Positions 1-11,973 of a stretch of DNA of 64,000 nt are shown piece after piece (position 1 is the stretch's first letter; each line of letters begins with the position of its first letter). This stretch comes from a virus (lineage: Duplodnaviria > Caudoviricetes): positions 32,001 to 96,000 of IMG/VR virus record IMGVR_UViG_3300028833_000074; one strand, written 5' to 3'. The notes beneath the pieces are model-generated. The model did no database searches. It was not told the DNA's origin and saw only the letters and a program-made list of their open reading frames with translations. The position numbers and the translations under genes are program-made.

Positions 1-2
1 GC

Positions 3-3000
3 AAAAATGTCGTTATTGTTGGTGGCACAACTCAAGTTACTGTTTTTGATGCCAGCGGTAAACCAAATGATAATGTTACCATAAAGGTGAAAGTAACTGA
101 TACAAATAATGTTGCTGTGCCATCTGGATATTTAGATTATACTATTAGTGCGCCAGATATTGAAGATATTATTTTAACAGATAGAGAAATACATAATGGT
201 ATTGATGAAATTAATATCACTATCCCATCTAATATTATTATTGAAGATGACGATGTACGCATTTTAGACGTAACTGTAAATTATCATAATTTACAATCTA
301 ATAATATGACTGATGACACTTTATTTAATAATAGTCAAGGTGTTGGACATATTTATGTTAAAAAAGGTGACGTATTAATTCAAGATTCTATTTTATTTAA
401 TGCATCTGCATATGAGCCATTAGGTTTTTATGTAAAAGTTATTGATGCAAATACTGGAGAGCCTATACCGGAAGGACAAGTAACCATTACTATTCCACGC
501 CAAAATAATATTACTATAACAACTGACGTAGATGAAGATGGTGGAGCAAGATTATTATATAATCCTATTCAATTTACAGCCGATGAATGGAATAAATTAG
601 AACGTACACGTTTTATTATTTGCGATTCAGACCCACAAGCACTTGACAATAATAGTGAACCATTGTATAACGAGAATCATCCATATGAAATATATTACTC
701 ACAAGATAGTGACTTATATTATCTTTATGATTATACCGAAGATGAAGAACCTACTTGTGAACTTCTACAACGAATAGGTCGAGATAATTCTGTAAATTTA
801 CTTGATTTTTATATTGTAGATGGAGTTTTATATTATCAAAGTAATTATGATGACGATATAGAACATATCTATATAGATGAAGATGGTTATTTATATGCAA
901 GAGCAGCAAACGATTCATTAAGACAATATAATGAAGGAGTATTTGATATCATCATTGATTATAATGGAGGATATCAATACAAAAATCAATTTGCAGAAAG
1001 TAAAATAAAAATTTCTATACCACAAATTGATGTTGATATGCATTCATATAATATGAGTTATAATAATCCTATTAACGTCAAATCTTATATTACTGAATAC
1101 TCATGGGATATACATACGCCAACACAATGGATTCAAGAAGGTACTGTAAATTATTATATTGATGGTAAATTATTAGATTCTGCTAATGTTATTAATGGTT
1201 TGGCTATATTATCAACAAACAAGTTATTATCCATACCACATGGCAAACATTTATTAACTGCTGAATTTGTTGCAGACATGCCTACCTACACACATGTGCT
1301 ACTTAACATTGAACAAATTACGCCAATTATCGAACCACAATTTGATAGAATCTTCTCTAATAAAAAAAGTGAATTAGATGTTTACGTGAGAACACCAAAT
1401 AACTTTGAAGTTAGCGGTGATTTATCTGTTTATATTGATGATGTAGAAATAGGATATGTATTATTAACTGGCGAAGAGGATGGCCACGCACACTTTACCA
1501 TACAAATGCCAAATTTAGAGAATGAAGTACATATACTAAAGATTACATATAGCGGAAACGATTACATTCGTTCTCATGAGATAGAGCAAGTATTACGCCC
1601 AGAGCAACTTGAAGTAACTACAATATGTGAATCTCATATCATAACTACACCGGAAAATACTATACAAATACCAGTACAAATTACATCTCGTGATAACGAT
1701 AATATATCAGAAGGCTATGTTGCATTATTTAATATTGAAAATGACCAAGAAATTGCACGTACATTTATGACAAATAATCGTGGTATGCTTACATTAACTG
1801 CACCAAATGATTATGGCAATTATCAATATAGTGTGCAATATAAAAATGGCGTTAACTATAAAGATGATGAGTTTCACATTATTGATGTGCAAGTTATTGA
1901 AGGCCAAGAGATAGTATATGCTGATGGTAATACAGACCCAGAAAATACTGGACATTATATTGACCTTATAACTGCAATGCGTGCTGTAGTAAATAATGGA
2001 ACAGTATACTTAACTAATGAAGAAAAAAATACTGGTGTTATTAATAATGATTATTATTTCACCAAAGATGTCAATATTATTGGTACAAATGGGGCAAAAA
2101 TTACAAAAGATATGTCTGATTTAATCACTAATGAAGATGATATCAAGATGTATCATCAAGATGACTTTACAGATGAAGATTTTGCCCAAATGCATAAACT
2201 TGACTTTTTATCTAAAGCAAGTTTAAATACATCTGAATATCGTTTAATCAACAAGGATATATATTATATTAACAATAATGAACTTGTACCAGTTTATATT
2301 ATTGATGGTGATTTTTATTCAACTCTTAACATATCCAAAAAACATACAACAATCTATACCAATGGACATAATATCAATCTTCATAATATTATTTTTGAAA
2401 ACAATGACGTAGAAAATGACTTATTAATTTACAACAATGGCGTTCTTACAATTACATATTCAATTATCAATGACAATATTGCAATTGACAATTATGATAC
2501 ATTAACCATTAATCGAAGTTTAATGTATGGAAAATTAAGATTACCATCAAATAACGTTGATTTAAACAATAATTGGTGGGGGTCAAATGAAGCACCTTTC
2601 AATGTTGATAATCATATTATTTTATCAATATCTACATTAGAAACTCCACCAGTAATTAGTGAATCTATCAATGTTCAATTACAATTAATTGGCGCAAATG
2701 GTCGAGAATATTTATTACCAGCACCTTATTTCAAAATGTATGCAGATTCTGGTATTATTGCTCATGAATATGGTCAATTATCAAACTCTAAAATTATCAC
2801 ACAATATGATGATGCTGTTCAAGAAGGAAAAGTATATGGAGAAGTTGATAATCAAATTGTATCATTAGATGTATATGATTACGATAGAAAAACCGAAGTT
2901 ATATTAGAATCTATACATAAAGTGCCAACCAACCATCAAATTACCCTTAAGGCTATTGTGCAAAGTGTTGCCGATGTATTCTTCAAATTTGACGATAATA

Positions 3001-6000
3001 ATAATATTATCAAACAATCTAACTCTATCAATAATGGTTATGTAATTTTCTCATTAAACAACGAACGCATAGGCAAGGCATATGTCCAAGATGGCATTGC
3101 CGAATTGCCTACCTTCTTGTCTGCAAACGTATATTCATTAGGCGATGCTATCTTAAGCGCAAAATATATACCATCCGAATATTATTTTGCATCCGACAGC
3201 AACCAACATATCACCATTATTGATGATAATGAATACTGTTTTATGTCCACATTTGGTGACGACAACAACAATGGAACATTCAACGAACCCGTTCAAACGC
3301 TACAAAGAGCATGCGAATTAGACAAGAAAATTTTAATCAAAGATGGCATATACGAAGGCAATCACATTAGCATTGACAAGGAAACACACATTGAAGCATA
3401 TAATGATAATGTAACCTTTACAAACAATACTTTCATCAATAATGATGACTTATACATTACCGGCATTAATTTTAAAAATAACGATAATGTCATTTTTGAA
3501 AACCATGGCAGATTATATATCAATCAATGTATCTTCACAGACAATCAAGAGTATATTGTTGACAATAATGACGAAAGCATCACATCTATTGTTGATTCAG
3601 TTATCCTTGACAAAAATATAGTAACCGATTATAGCAAATTAAGCACAATGGAATATTGTTGGTTCGGAACAAACGAACCTAATGATAGCGAACAAGGTCC
3701 TATATTAGATGATTACACCATTAATAAGTATTATATTATGAGTGTAGAATCATCTAAAAACATTATTTATATAGGTTCTGTTGTGCGTTTGGTTGCAATG
3801 TTGCAAGATGTTTATGATAATGGCACGATATATCACAATAAAGAACGCCCATTGCCATTAAGAATTGCTTACTTTGAGACTGATGCCGGTTCACTTATGC
3901 CGCTTAAAGACTATACATATCACAAGCAAGCAACTACATTATTAAATACAAATGATAATCTTAACTCAAATAAAGTTATCTTAACAACACCAAAAAACAT
4001 CAACTATATCAATCAACCACTCAAATTGGAAATTTATGTCGATGAAGCAAATGGCTCACCAATACAAAATGGAACAATCACATTAAACATTAATGATGGC
4101 AACAAAACTATTGTACAACATCAAAAGGTCACCATTAATCATGGTATTGCTACATACATAAATGATTCAATTAACCTTACACAAGGTACATATAATTTAA
4201 CTTGTGTATATTATGACAATGCAACAACATATAAAGGTGCATATACTTTTGAAGTAAAGCGAGACGAAGTTCAATTTAATAATATTTACATAGATAATTA
4301 TGACCATATATATGAATTAACTTTTAACGCTGATGTAGTCACAAACTCTGGCAATATTGTCGAACAACAAGAAGTATATTGTTATATTGATGATGTCATG
4401 GCAACCAATACACTTACAAATCGTAATAAATTTATCATTAATAATGGCCAAGCATTATTTAACATGATATATAATGAGATACCAGCCGGTGTACATACCC
4501 TAACAATTACAAATGAAAATTGTTCATCCAGTTATGAAACCTTTAAATTTACAACTAAATTTACAGCATACGAAAAAGAAACAACAATACATTTTAATTA
4601 TAATGGCATTGAACAAAATGTACCAACTGATTTATTAATATCTGTTACCGATAACAATGCCAAAATTATTGATGGTGATATATCAATTTACATTAATGAT
4701 GAAATTGTTGAACAAGATAATCAAACTACATTTGCATTAAACAATGGCCAATATGTATTGCAAGATGTTCAATTAACACAAGGACAATATTCAATCGTAA
4801 TATATTATCATGGCGTAACAGATTATTATCAAGAATCTATTTTCGTTAAAAATGATTTTAACGTTGGTATACATGCTGTACACATTTCAAATGAAGGTCC
4901 AATAACAACATACATTGGTGACGAATATATTTTTGATTTTAACATACTTGATATTTACGATAATATTGTTGAAATCGGTATGGTAAATCTATATGTTAAT
5001 AATAACCTTATTAACGATACACCAATAAATATATCAGAAAATCATCATATCTCATATCCATTTGCAATATCATATTTATCTGCTGGCGTTCACAATTTAA
5101 CAGTTGAATATATTGATGATAGCAATGCATATTTGAATACCAATATATATTTAGATATGATTGTAAATAAAATCGATACTATCATTAGCATAGAACCGAT
5201 TGATAGTTATCCAAATGCTAATGTTAATGTCAATTATGATATTCATACCAATAGCAATAATATGGTTAATAGTGGAATTTTAATTGCTAAATTAGAAGAT
5301 AAAATTATTGGACAAGCACAAGTATCTGATATTATCAATCGTTATATTACATTAAATATACCTTTTAAGCCATCCGGCAATTATGATATTATATTTGAAT
5401 ATTATGATGCAGATAATAAATACGCTAATAATAGTATTACTGTACCTTTAATTATTAAAAATGGTAGCATTAATATTACTACTTCTCATGACAGTTATTA
5501 TCCAAATCAAGAGTTTCCTTTGGAAATTCGCATTACCGATGATAATGATGATGCTGTTAATTATGGATTTGTATCATTATATATTGATAATGTGCGAGAA
5601 TCAGACCCACTTCCAGTTAAATATGGTGAAGTTAGATATCCTTTATTATTAAAACAAATTCGAGATTATCCGATTACAATTGTATATGAAGGAAATGAAT
5701 ATTATCAAGAAACAACATATACACAAAACATTGCTGTAAACAATATACAAATTAGAGACATTAATATTGTTGAAGAATTAAAATCATTACCGGATACAAA
5801 ACATGATTATCATTTAACATTTACAACAATGGATGATTATAATGTTTATGATGGTATTATTGATTTTATATTTGATAGTGATGTAATACATAGTTATTAT
5901 ATACAAGAAAGCAATAAGGAATTTAATATTGCAATTCCAAATACATACATTGGTAATCATACACTTGAATTATTTTATCATGATTCAGAAATTTTCAGTA

Positions 6001-8165
6001 ATTATCACAAAAAATTTGTTTTTGAAATATTACCAAAAACACTTGAATTACATATGGATGATATCGATGTTACGTTGGATAATGATATCGATATTACATT
6101 ACAATTAAATGATATAACAAATGGCTTTATTAAATTTTATATTGGTGATGTTTATACAAATGATAATAACGAATACGAGTTAATTGATAATAACTTAAAA
6201 TTTATTGGCATTGAACAAATTACTGATACAATCATTACTTATTCATATCAATTACCATCAACATTATATTATAATAAATATTATATTAAAGCAGTTTTTG
6301 AAGGCAATAATCAATATGGCGCTTCTGAAACAACATGCTTATTAAATATTATACCACAAGAAACTGTTTTATCTATCCAATCTGATACATATACTGATGA
6401 TGAGTTCCAACGTCCTATTATTGAAGCGACATACCAAGAAACTATTGATATTATAGTTACGAGTAATATTGTAAGCCAAGAGCCTATTTATTTGTATATT
6501 AATAATAAATATATCGGTGAATTATTATTAAATAATTATGAAGGTTTATATCATCTCCCATTGCCAAAAGAATATGTCGAAGGCGAATATGAAATTAAAG
6601 CGGAATATTTAGGTAGTGCAGTTATAAAACCTCAAACAACTTATGCAACATTAAAAATTAATAAATTTACTCCAATCATTCAAACATTAGAATATAATGC
6701 ATATATTGGTGGAGAATTAACGTTAGATAATATTTTATTAGATAATAATAACATACCAATTTATCAAGGTTCTTTAGCATGCACATTAAATAATAATGAT
6801 ATTACAGTATATCCAAGCGTTAGCAAAACTATTACATTGGATAATAATTGCATTCATGATAGTGTGATTACATTAAAGTATGAACCATCAGAAAGTGATG
6901 TTAATAAATTTAACGCATTTGAACAAGATATCTCACTTATTATGAATAAAAATGATTTAAAAATTAATATGCATACTATTCCAGAAGTATATCGTGGTGA
7001 TATTTTTGATGTGCGTTTTGAAGTTACAAGTGAAACAACTACATTGCCAATTAATATTGATGGTTACATTAATGATGAAAACATCTCTATTATTGAAGGT
7101 ATATGCGAATCACAATTAAGTATTGATGTCGAAGAGACTTATAATCGTAGATATACTTTTACTATTAGCATCCCAGAAAATGATATTTTTAATACATTAG
7201 AATCATATCATTTTGATGTGATGTGTCGTAATTATCAAAAGGTTTATGTGGATTATGATACGACAAATAATCATAACATTAATAGTGGTCAAATGGCTCA
7301 TACCATTGAAAAAGGATTAGATTTAGTTGCAGATAATGGAACAATTTATCTATACTCTGATATTACCGATGAAAATATCATTATTGATAAGCGTGTACAT
7401 TTAACTACTGCAGATAATCAACCATGTGTTGAATTTAATCAAGTCCATATTAATAGTGATGCATCATTTAATTTATACAATGTTATTTGTAATAATACAA
7501 CCATACATACTACCAATGCTACATCAATTGATAATTGTAGTTTTATCAATAATGATGATACTGCTATATTAGTGGAGAATGGTGAGTTATATATCAATAA
7601 TACTTTATTCAATAATAACCATGCTACAAATGGTGCGTGTATTTATGTAAGCAATAAAAATAAAAATACAGAAATTACAAATTGTACTTTTACTAACAAT
7701 AGTGCAGATATTTATGGTGGTGCAATTTATTCTGATAAAGGTAATAATGTATTAATCAGTCATTGTATATTTAGACATAATAGCGCTACAAATGGTGCAT
7801 CTATCTATATTAATGGTAATGGTGTTATTTCTGAAAATAATTTTTATGAAAACAATGGTACATCTGAAATTATGATTATCGCTGGTATTATTGAAAGTAT
7901 GTTGAATTTATTCGATGGTAATATTTGCGCTTTTAAAAACAATGGATATATCACTTCTAATATGTGTTATTGGGGTACAAATGATATTATAGAGATTGAA
8001 GATGCATTGTACAATAATAATCTAAATAATAATCAAATCATCATTGACTCATGGTTAATTATGACAGATAACATTATTAATAAATATACCACAAAAGATG
8101 CTCCAGATATACAAACAACTATCAATACAATAAATTACATTGAGTTTGATGGGGGTTCTAAATAA
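3..8165 (+). CDS. Giant adhesin-like virion/tail protein (Ig-like repeats plus parallel beta-helix modules), 5'-truncated
   Basis: Frame is open from base 3, so the gene starts upstream of the window (>2700 aa). Repeated Ig-like strands ending in Y-x-G-N-x-x-Y; NNWWGSN/YCWFGTN/CYWGTN and FxNNxA..GGAIY motifs typical of methanogen adhesin-like proteins; GDDNNNGTFNEPVQTL module. Confidence 0.75.
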   Translation, partial: KNVVIVGGTTQVTVFDASGKPNDNVTIKVKVTDTNNVAVPSGYLDYTISAPDIEDIILTDREIHNGIDEINITIPSNIIIEDDDVRILDVTVNYHNLQSNNMTDDTLFNNSQGVGHIYVKKGDVLIQDSILFNASAYEPLGFYVKVIDANTGEPIPEGQVTITIPRQNNITITTDVDEDGGARLLYNPIQFTADEWNKLERTRFIICDSDPQALDNNSEPLYNENHPYEIYYSQDSDLYYLYDYTEDEEPTCELLQRIGRDNSVNLLDFYIVDGVLYYQSNYDDDIEHIYIDEDGYLYARAANDSLRQYNEGVFDIIIDYNGGYQYKNQFAESKIKISIPQIDVDMHSYNMSYNNPINVKSYITEYSWDIHTPTQWIQEGTVNYYIDGKLLDSANVINGLAILSTNKLLSIPHGKHLLTAEFVADMPTYTHVLLNIEQITPIIEPQFDRIFSNKKSELDVYVRTPNNFEVSGDLSVYIDDVEIGYVLLTGEEDGHAHFTIQMPNLENEVHILKITYSGNDYIRSHEIEQVLRPEQLEVTTICESHIITTPENTIQIPVQITSRDNDNISEGYVALFNIENDQEIARTFMTNNRGMLTLTAPNDYGNYQYSVQYKNGVNYKDDEFHIIDVQVIEGQEIVYADGNTDPENTGHYIDLITAMRAVVNNGTVYLTNEEKNTGVINNDYYFTKDVNIIGTNGAKITKDMSDLITNEDDIKMYHQDDFTDEDFAQMHKLDFLSKASLNTSEYRLINKDIYYINNNELVPVYIIDGDFYSTLNISKKHTTIYTNGHNINLHNIIFENNDVENDLLIYNNGVLTITYSIINDNIAIDNYDTLTINRSLMYGKLRLPSNNVDLNNNWWGSNEAPFNVDNHIILSISTLETPPVISESINVQLQLIGANGREYLLPAPYFKMYADSGIIAHEYGQLSNSKIITQYDDAVQEGKVYGEVDNQIVSLDVYDYDRKTEVILESIHKVPTNHQITLKAIVQSVADVFFKFDDNNNIIKQSNSINNGYVIFSLNNERIGKAYVQDGIAELPTFLSANVYSLGDAILSAKYIPSEYYFASDSNQHITIIDDNEYCFMSTFGDDNNNGTFNEPVQTLQRACELDKKILIKDGIYEGNHISIDKETHIEAYNDNVTFTNNTFINNDDLYITGINFKNNDNVIFENHGRLYINQCIFTDNQEYIVDNNDESITSIVDSVILDKNIVTDYSKLSTMEYCWFGTNEPNDSEQGPILDDYTINKYYIMSVESSKNIIYIGSVVRLVAMLQDVYDNGTIYHNKERPLPLRIAYFETDAGSLMPLKDYTYHKQATTLLNTNDNLNSNKVILTTPKNINYINQPLKLEIYVDEANGSPIQNGTITLNINDGNKTIVQHQKVTINHGIATYINDSINLTQGTYNLTCVYYDNATTYKGAYTFEVKRDEVQFNNIYIDNYDHIYELTFNADVVTNSGNIVEQQEVYCYIDDVMATNTLTNRNKFIINNGQALFNMIYNEIPAGVHTLTITNENCSSSYETFKFTTKFTAYEKETTIHFNYNGIEQNVPTDLLISVTDNNAKIIDGDISIYINDEIVEQDNQTTFALNNGQYVLQDVQLTQGQYSIVIYYHGVTDYYQESIFVKNDFNVGIHAVHISNEGPITTYIGDEYIFDFNILDIYDNIVEIGMVNLYVNNNLINDTPINISENHHISYPFAISYLSAGVHNLTVEYIDDSNAYLNTNIYLDMIVNKIDTIISIEPIDSYPNANVNVNYDIHTNSNNMVNSGILIAKLEDKIIGQAQVSDIINRYITLNIPFKPSGNYDIIFEYYDADNKYANNSITVPLIIKNGSINITTSHDSYYPNQEFPLEIRITDDNDDAVNYGFVSLYIDNVRESDPLPVKYGEVRYPLLLKQIRDYPITIVYEGNEYYQETTYTQNIAVNNIQIRDINIVEELKSLPDTKHDYHLTFTTMDDYNVYDGIIDFIFDSDVIHSYYIQESNKEFNIAIPNTYIGNHTLELFYHDSEIFSNYHKKFVFEILPKTLELHMDDIDVTLDNDIDITLQLNDITNGFIKFYIGDVYTNDNNEYELIDNNLKFIGIEQITDTIITYSYQLPSTLYYNKYYIKAVFEGNNQYGASETTCLLNIIPQETVLSIQSDTYTDDEFQRPIIEATYQETIDIIVTSNIVSQEPIYLYINNKYIGELLLNNYEGLYHLPLPKEYVEGEYEIKAEYLGSAVIKPQTTYATLKINKFTPIIQTLEYNAYIGGELTLDNILLDNNNIPIYQGSLACTLNNNDITVYPSVSKTITLDNNCIHDSVITLKYEPSESDVNKFNAFEQDISLIMNKNDLKINMHTIPEVYRGDIFDVRFEVTSETTTLPINIDGYINDENISIIEGICESQLSIDVEETYNRRYTFTISIPENDIFNTLESYHFDVMCRNYQKVYVDYDTTNNHNINSGQMAHTIEKGLDLVADNGTIYLYSDITDENIIIDKRVHLTTADNQPCVEFNQVHINSDASFNLYNVICNNTTIHTTNATSIDNCSFINNDDTAILVENGELYINNTLFNNNHATNGACIYVSNKNKNTEITNCTFTNNSADIYGGAIYSDKGNNVLISHCIFRHNSATNGASIYINGNGVISENNFYENNGTSEIMIIAGIIESMLNLFDGNICAFKNNGYITSNMCYWGTNDIIEIEDALYNNNLNNNQIIIDSWLIMTDNIINKYTTKDAPDIQTTINTINYIEFDGGSK

Positions 8166-9733
8166 TGACAACACATACAATTAAATTTACCGATACAGAT
8201 AATTATTTAAAAGCCACTATTGATAAACAAACACTTGATATTGATGTCAAAAAAATTATCAAATTACCTACATATATCAATGTATTAAACACATTAGATA
8301 CAGCACTAAATAATGATATACAAATAAAAGCATCATTATACGCAACAGACGATGAAGATACAATAAATATTATAAAAGGTAATGTATCTATTTCAATTTT
8401 AGACAAAAACATGTCACTATTATATCAACATATTGTCAGTTTTGATAAACAATATATTCTTGATAACATTGTTAATAATTTTGACTTTGGTGAATATTAT
8501 CTTAAAATTGAATACTTTGGCAATCAATACTATTTACCTTGTGAGTATTTAACATCTTTTACTATCAGTAAACGTTATATTAATTATAACATATTTGCGG
8601 ATAATGTTTATGGATATCCTAATGAAAATATAGATTTTACATTAAAATTATATGATTTTCAAACAAATCGACCGGTATCATGCGACATCAAATATACTAT
8701 TAATGGTCTTGAATATTTTACATCTACTGATGAATCCGGCATTGCAATATTACATGTTACAGTACCGGATATCAATCCAGATAAATGTCATCAATTTCTT
8801 AAACAAATACAAAATACACCACAAGAAATGACGACATATACCGAAGAAGAATATTATAATGATGAAGGCAACATTAGAATATTAAAGTCATTTAATGTTA
8901 TTTTTGATGATATGCAAATTGATGCTGACCATAAAGGATATATTTTTGATGATAATGAAGAAATATTGTGGTTTGACCAAGCATATTATAAAGATATGGA
9001 TGAAAATTATCTACCGGAATATGACCCAGATAACATTATTAATGATGAAATACCTACAAACAATAATCAATATCTTTATGGTTATCCAATAGAAATTGAG
9101 ATTATTGACGATATATACTATAGAGAAAACATTATACAATATATATATGCAAACAAAATTAATACGCAAATTGGTATTAGCATCATTAAAAATAATAATG
9201 GTATCACTACTATTGAAGGTAATATTATTGGCTCAAATAATACTGATGTTCAATATGGAATAATATCATTATCTATTAGAAATAATGATGTTGTATCAAG
9301 TATGGTTGATAAAAATGGGCATTTTATTTTAGAATGGGAAACTAATAATATTTTTGGAAACGAAAATAACAACATCGATAATTACACAGAATATAGTTAT
9401 GCCCTTAATAAACGCAATGTCAATCTAACAATAACGCAAGATAGCACCAATGAATATCAAGTTGGTCATACATTGCGATTTATAGCACAAGTAACCACAC
9501 AAGGTGATAACAAACCAATTGTTGATGGTATGGTATTTTTTACAATACATGATGTAAATAAAAATAATAATGAAATTTATCGCTTACCAACAGAACTAAA
9601 TAATAATGGGGAGGCTATGTTGCTATTTGATGTATCTACAGCCGGCAAATATTATGTGCAAGCACATTATTGTGGCATATTTGAATATCTTGATGCAGAT
9701 AGCGATACAATAAATTATACAATAACAAAATAG
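8165..9733 (+). CDS. Ig-like domain structural protein
   Basis: 522 aa, coupled by a TAATG overlap; YFGNQYY and AHYCG..EY Ig-repeat ends. Confidence 0.6.
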   Translation: MTTHTIKFTDTDNYLKATIDKQTLDIDVKKIIKLPTYINVLNTLDTALNNDIQIKASLYATDDEDTINIIKGNVSISILDKNMSLLYQHIVSFDKQYILDNIVNNFDFGEYYLKIEYFGNQYYLPCEYLTSFTISKRYINYNIFADNVYGYPNENIDFTLKLYDFQTNRPVSCDIKYTINGLEYFTSTDESGIAILHVTVPDINPDKCHQFLKQIQNTPQEMTTYTEEEYYNDEGNIRILKSFNVIFDDMQIDADHKGYIFDDNEEILWFDQAYYKDMDENYLPEYDPDNIINDEIPTNNNQYLYGYPIEIEIIDDIYYRENIIQYIYANKINTQIGISIIKNNNGITTIEGNIIGSNNTDVQYGIISLSIRNNDVVSSMVDKNGHFILEWETNNIFGNENNNIDNYTEYSYALNKRNVNLTITQDSTNEYQVGHTLRFIAQVTTQGDNKPIVDGMVFFTIHDVNKNNNEIYRLPTELNNNGEAMLLFDVSTAGKYYVQAHYCGIFEYLDADSDTINYTITK

Positions 9734-9740
9734 TGATACA

Positions 9741-10568
9741 ATGACATATCAAAAATCATTAGGAAGAGTAAAAGGAGACAGAGGTGCTATTTTAATTCCA
9801 ACAATAACCGATGAAGTAACACATTCTATCATTAGTTGGGAAGCAGATGACCATAAATACGATGGATTAGCGCCAGCACCAACCGAAATTAAACCATTAT
9901 ATTATATACCATATATGACAAATGATGGTATTTTATACTGGGGAACCAATAAAGATAAAGGTATTAATCAGACAACTGGTAGACCAATACCACCAGATAA
10001 TGTGACATTACCACCAGATACTAATTTAATAGGTCCAATGGGTCCTATTGGTAGTAGTAGCATAAGAATTGAAGTGGTTCATAATGAAAATCCTAACATT
10101 ACAGACCCTATACAAATTATCAAAGAAAATTGTAATGATATACAAGAAGGTAATATTTTTCTTGTTGGGGAGGAAGCATGGATATATGACGCACAATCTG
10201 ATACAAGTCATTTAAACGCCGAAAATAATGGACAACCAGTATATCATTATGATGACAATGCATTTTATCGCATTGAATCTCCAATAGATTTATCCAATTA
10301 TTATAATAAAACTGAAATGGATGAAAATTATTATAACAAAATGTGCATCAACAATAAATTAGGTGATATTGAAAATACACAACAAATTATTAAAAATGTT
10401 CTTAATAATATGGAAATAGATGCTGAAGACCCTAATGTATATGAATATGCAGACCTTAAACAACAAGTAACTGATATTTTGGATGAATTATTGGTGTTAA
10501 TGGATAGACTTAATGAAATACAAAACCAATTAGACAATATGCAAGGACAAGACTCAACAACACCATAG
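9741..10568 (+). CDS. Tail-fibre-associated protein
   Basis: LGRVKGDRG and GPMGPIG collagen-like stubs, DLSNYYNKTE fibre motif, C-terminal coiled coil. Confidence 0.55.
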   Translation: MTYQKSLGRVKGDRGAILIPTITDEVTHSIISWEADDHKYDGLAPAPTEIKPLYYIPYMTNDGILYWGTNKDKGINQTTGRPIPPDNVTLPPDTNLIGPMGPIGSSSIRIEVVHNENPNITDPIQIIKENCNDIQEGNIFLVGEEAWIYDAQSDTSHLNAENNGQPVYHYDDNAFYRIESPIDLSNYYNKTEMDENYYNKMCINNKLGDIENTQQIIKNVLNNMEIDAEDPNVYEYADLKQQVTDILDELLVLMDRLNEIQNQLDNMQGQDSTTP

Positions 10569-10578
10569 GTGACAAAAA

Positions 10579-11973
10579 ATGCCGGATGACTGTAGTGCTT
10601 TTAATAATATTATAGAAAATTATAATCAAATTTCACATGAATTTTATAATTTAAAAATGCTCCTTGTATTTAAATTACAAAATCATGGAGTAAGAGATGC
10701 AAGCATGAGTTTGTCTTTTGAGCAATTAATTCATATGGTACATAATATTCCATCTGTGTTATGCGATGTTGATGGCAATATCAAACCTACAAATGATATT
10801 TACCAAGATATACATTTAGATGATATTTCCAGATATAATCTTGAATTATATCAAAGAATTTTACATTATATTAAATGGTTAAAATACTATTTATTGTTAA
10901 AAGGTGTGCCAATTGAAGATGTTACCAATGCTCAAACATTAAGAGATTATATTGTTCTTATTCCTAAAATACTACGTATTAAAAGTACTATTTTTAATGC
11001 ACAATATAATCAATTAGATGAAAATGATGCACCTACAAACAAAATTTATGTTGGTAAGGATAATCCAATTGATATAACACTTATGAGTGAAGATTTTGAA
11101 GATATTAATGATGGATATATTATTGTAGAAGAAGATGGCGAAATCATTCAACGTACACAACCATCAAACAATATTGACACAAATCAATTACAAATAATGC
11201 TTGTACCTAAACAATTAGGCGAACATACATATACATTCTATTATGAAGGTACAGAACAATATCTTGAAAGCCGACATGTTGATTTAATATTAGATGTACA
11301 AAAAGGTATTGTACAAATTCATGTATCTATGACAAATATTACAGAAGAAAGTAATTATTATGATAGCGCTGATGCTGGATATATTAATGATAATTGGGAT
11401 ATAAATGTTACAACAACTACAGAAAACGATACACCAATTCCTAATGTACCTCTAACAATGATAGTGCATGATGATGTTAATCGTACATGGTCTATAACAA
11501 CAGATGAAACTGGATATTGCAATGTTAATAATGACATTAATATTGAACACTTCACATTACATAAATATAATAGCGATAATGATAATCAACCTATATCCAT
11601 TGAATTCCAATCTAATTTAATGAATGATAGTATGTTTCTTGTTGGTTATGTTAATTATTTAATTAATGTTTATCATTATCCTTATACATTTGAACAAGAC
11701 AATGAATACGTCGGTGCTTCATCTTATACTTTTACATTAAATTTTGTTGATGAATTATCTGGTTCACCAGATTCACAATATAATGACAAATATATCAATG
11801 TATCACTTATGGATAACGAGCAACTTTTACAAGTACATGATAGCAAATGTCAATATGAATATCCGGCATCATTAAATATCGGAGAATATACTGTAATATG
11901 GGATTTTGTTGCTGAAGATGAAGAGGAAATCGATTGGGATGATATGACAAATGGGGATGAATCAAATGGTTAA
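10579..11973 (+). CDS. Structural protein with Ig-like domains
   Basis: AGGTGA RBS; two L..xGV..(l)..L...I..I helical modules like those in the 17474 and 18505 proteins; YEGTEQY Ig end. Confidence 0.55.
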   Translation: MPDDCSAFNNIIENYNQISHEFYNLKMLLVFKLQNHGVRDASMSLSFEQLIHMVHNIPSVLCDVDGNIKPTNDIYQDIHLDDISRYNLELYQRILHYIKWLKYYLLLKGVPIEDVTNAQTLRDYIVLIPKILRIKSTIFNAQYNQLDENDAPTNKIYVGKDNPIDITLMSEDFEDINDGYIIVEEDGEIIQRTQPSNNIDTNQLQIMLVPKQLGEHTYTFYYEGTEQYLESRHVDLILDVQKGIVQIHVSMTNITEESNYYDSADAGYINDNWDINVTTTTENDTPIPNVPLTMIVHDDVNRTWSITTDETGYCNVNNDINIEHFTLHKYNSDNDNQPISIEFQSNLMNDSMFLVGYVNYLINVYHYPYTFEQDNEYVGASSYTFTLNFVDELSGSPDSQYNDKYINVSLMDNEQLLQVHDSKCQYEYPASLNIGEYTVIWDFVAEDEEEIDWDDMTNGDESNG